From the NCBI RefSeq assembly GCF_003334405.1, contig NZ_QOWM01000010.1: a stretch of DNA of 64,000 nucleotides. One strand, given 5' to 3'. A program made the position numbers and the translations under genes. Origin of the DNA: Escherichia coli. Its GTDB lineage: Bacteria > Pseudomonadota > Gammaproteobacteria > Enterobacterales > Enterobacteriaceae. How positions within the stretch are numbered: position 1 is the first letter of the stretch; every line of letters begins with the position of its first letter. Positions 62,096 through 64,000 of this stretch are shown piece by piece. The notes under the pieces were generated by a model. That model searched no databases, was not told where the DNA came from, and worked only from the letters and a program-made list of their open reading frames with translations.

Positions 62096-64000
62096 CTATT
62101 TTGCAGTCACAACCTGCATACCAGACGGTTCATTTTGCAGCGCCAGAGTCAGAACTTCCTCAATGCGCTTCACAGGATGAATGTCCAGATCGGCAATTAC
62201 GTTGTCAGGAATCTCTTCCAGATCGCGTTTATTTTCGAACGGAATTAGCACTGTTTTAATCCCGCCGCGATGCGCTGCCAGGAGTTTTTCTTTCAAACCA
62301 CCGATCGGCAGTACCTGACCACGCAGAGTGATCTCACCGGTCATTGCCACATCGGCACGAACCGGGTTACCGGTCAGGCAAGAAACCAGCGCGGTGCACA
62401 TAGCAATACCGGCACTCGGACCATCTTTCGGCGTCGCACCTTCCGGTACGTGGACGTGGATGTCACGTTTTTCGTAAAAATCAGGGTTGATCCCCAGTTT
62501 TTCCGCACGCGCACGAACCACCGTTAACGCCGCCTGAATGGACTCCTGCATCACTTCGCCGAGCGAACCGGTATAGGTCAGTTTGCCTTTACCCGGAACA
62601 CATGCGGTTTCAATGGTCAGCAAGTCACCGCCCACTTCCGTCCACGCCAGACCGGTTACCTGACCGACACGGTTTTCGTTATCCGCGCGACCATAGTCGA
62701 AACGCTGAACACCGAGATAGTCATGCAGGTTATCGCCGTTAATTTCGATATGTTTTAATGACTTATCGAGCAGTAACTGCTTAACCGCTTTGCGACACAG
62801 TTTGGAGATTTCACGCTCCAGACCACGCACGCCCGCCTCACGGGTGTAGTAACGAATAATGCCGATAATGGCGCTATCGTCGACGGTCAGCTCACCTTTT
62901 TTCAGTGCATTACGTTCAATCTGCTTCGGCAGCAGGTGACGTTTGGCGATGTTCAGTTTTTCATCTTCGGTATAACCGGAGAGGCGAATCACTTCCATAC
63001 GATCCAGCAGCGGTGCCGGAATGTTCATGGAGTTCGACGTCGCGACAAACATCACGTCGCTGAGATCGTAATCCACTTCCAGGTAGTGGTCGCTGAACGC
63101 TACGTTCTGCTCTGGATCCAGCACTTCAAGCAGTGCAGAGGCCGGATCGCCACGCATGTCAGAAGACATTTTGTCGATCTCATCGAGCAGGAACAGCGGG
63201 TTTTTCACGCCCACTTTCGCCATTTTCTGGATCAGTTTACCCGGCATAGAACCGATGTAAGTACGGCGGTGACCACGGATTTCCGCTTCATCACGCACGC
63301 CGCCCAGCGCCATACGGACATATTTACGCCCGGTGGCTTTGGCAATGGACTGACCAAGAGAGGTTTTACCTACCCCCGGCGGCCCTACCAGGCAGAGGAT
63401 CGGTCCCTTGATTTTGTTGACACGGCTTTGAACCGCAAGATACTCAAGGATTCGATCTTTCACGCGCTCCAGACCATAATGGTCGGTATCAAGGATTTCC
63501 TGCGCCTGACGCAGGTCTTTTTTGACCTTGCTACGCGCATTCCACGGCACCTGTACCATCCAGTCGATATAACCACGCACTACGGTCGCTTCTGCCGACA
63601 TCGGAGACATCATTTTCAGCTTCTGCAACTCTGCTTCCGCTTTCTCTTTTGCCTCTTTCGGCATCTTCGCCGCGTCGATTTTGCGCTTCAGGGCTTCGTT
63701 TTCGTCCGGCGCGTCGTCCATTTCACCGAGTTCTTTCTGAATAGCTTTCATTTGCTCGTTCAGATAGTACTCACGCTGGGATTTCTCCATCTGCTTTTTA
63801 ACGCGGTTGCGAATGCGTTTCTCAACCTGCAGCAGATCGATTTCCGATTCCATCATTGCCATCAGATATTCCAGACGTTCGTTAACGTCGGACATCTCCA
63901 GAACAGACTGTTTGTCAGCCAGTTTCAGCGGCATATGTGCAGCAATGGTATCCGCCAGACGCGCCGGATCGTCGATGCTATTCAGCGACGTCAGCACTTC
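62096..64000 (-). CDS. lon: ATP-dependent Lon protease, C-terminal roughly 630 codons (partial; the 5' end lies beyond the right edge of the window)
   Basis: ORF track 62096..63997, 633 aa, containing the AAA+ Walker [10 protein letters not shown] and the Ser-Lys protease domain ([11 protein letters not shown]); the reading frame remains open to the window edge. Confidence 0.96.
   Translation of the reverse strand, partial: EVLTSLNSIDDPARLADTIAAHMPLKLADKQSVLEMSDVNERLEYLMAMMESEIDLLQVEKRIRNRVKKQMEKSQREYYLNEQMKAIQKELGEMDDAPDENEALKRKIDAAKMPKEAKEKAEAELQKLKMMSPMSAEATVVRGYIDWMVQVPWNARSKVKKDLRQAQEILDTDHYGLERVKDRILEYLAVQSRVNKIKGPILCLVGPPGVGKTSLGQSIAKATGRKYVRMALGGVRDEAEIRGHRRTYIGSMPGKLIQKMAKVGVKNPLFLLDEIDKMSSDMRGDPASALLEVLDPEQNVAFSDHYLEVDYDLSDVMFVATSNSMNIPAPLLDRMEVIRLSGYTEDEKLNIAKRHLLPKQIERNALKKGELTVDDSAIIGIIRYYTREAGVRGLEREISKLCRKAVKQLLLDKSLKHIEINGDNLHDYLGVQRFDYGRADNENRVGQVTGLAWTEVGGDLLTIETACVPGKGKLTYTGSLGEVMQESIQAALTVVRARAEKLGINPDFYEKRDIHVHVPEGATPKDGPSAGIAMCTALVSCLTGNPVRADVAMTGEITLRGQVLPIGGLKEKLLAAHRGGIKTVLIPFENKRDLEEIPDNVIADLDIHPVKRIEEVLTLALQNEPSGMQVVTAK

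Overview
This 64 kb window reads as ordinary enterobacterial core chromosome, and I do not see a novel or undescribed system in it. Gene content and order match, gene for gene, my recollection of the Escherichia coli K-12 interval between rhsD and lon, presented here in reverse-complement orientation. From left to right: the 5' end of rhsD (partial, window edge), ybbP-ybbA, tesA, ybbO, cnoX(ybbN), fetB-fetA(ybbM-ybbL), qmcA-ybbJ, cueR, ybaT-glsA, copA, a BIME/REP array, ybaQ, ybaP, the ChiX sRNA, ybaK, ushA, fsr, ybaL, gsk, aes, hemH, adk, htpG, recR-ybaB-dnaX, apt, ybaN, priC-ybaM, mscK, acrR, acrAB, tomB-hha, maa, ylaC, pdeB(ylaB), ybaA, ffs (4.5S RNA), atl(ybaZ), ybaY, tesB, amtB-glnK, mdlB-mdlA, decR(ybaO), cof, ybaE, queC, fadM, ybaV, ppiD, hupB and the 3' part of lon (partial, window edge). 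I found no prophage, IS element, CRISPR array, integrase or obvious foreign-composition block; the only accessory-type element is the Rhs start at the left edge. All identifications rest on reading the supplied ORF translations and sequence against remembered protein families and motifs; no database search was run. Where the ORF track gives an N-terminal extension relative to the protein I recognise, I trimmed the start to the internal ATG and say so. The findings are therefore modest: two programmed -1 frameshift sites (copA, dnaX), divergently overlapping ybbA/tesA starts, REP/BIME repeats, an orphan HigA-like regulator, a perfect CRP-consensus palindrome upstream of maa, and several under-characterised genes.
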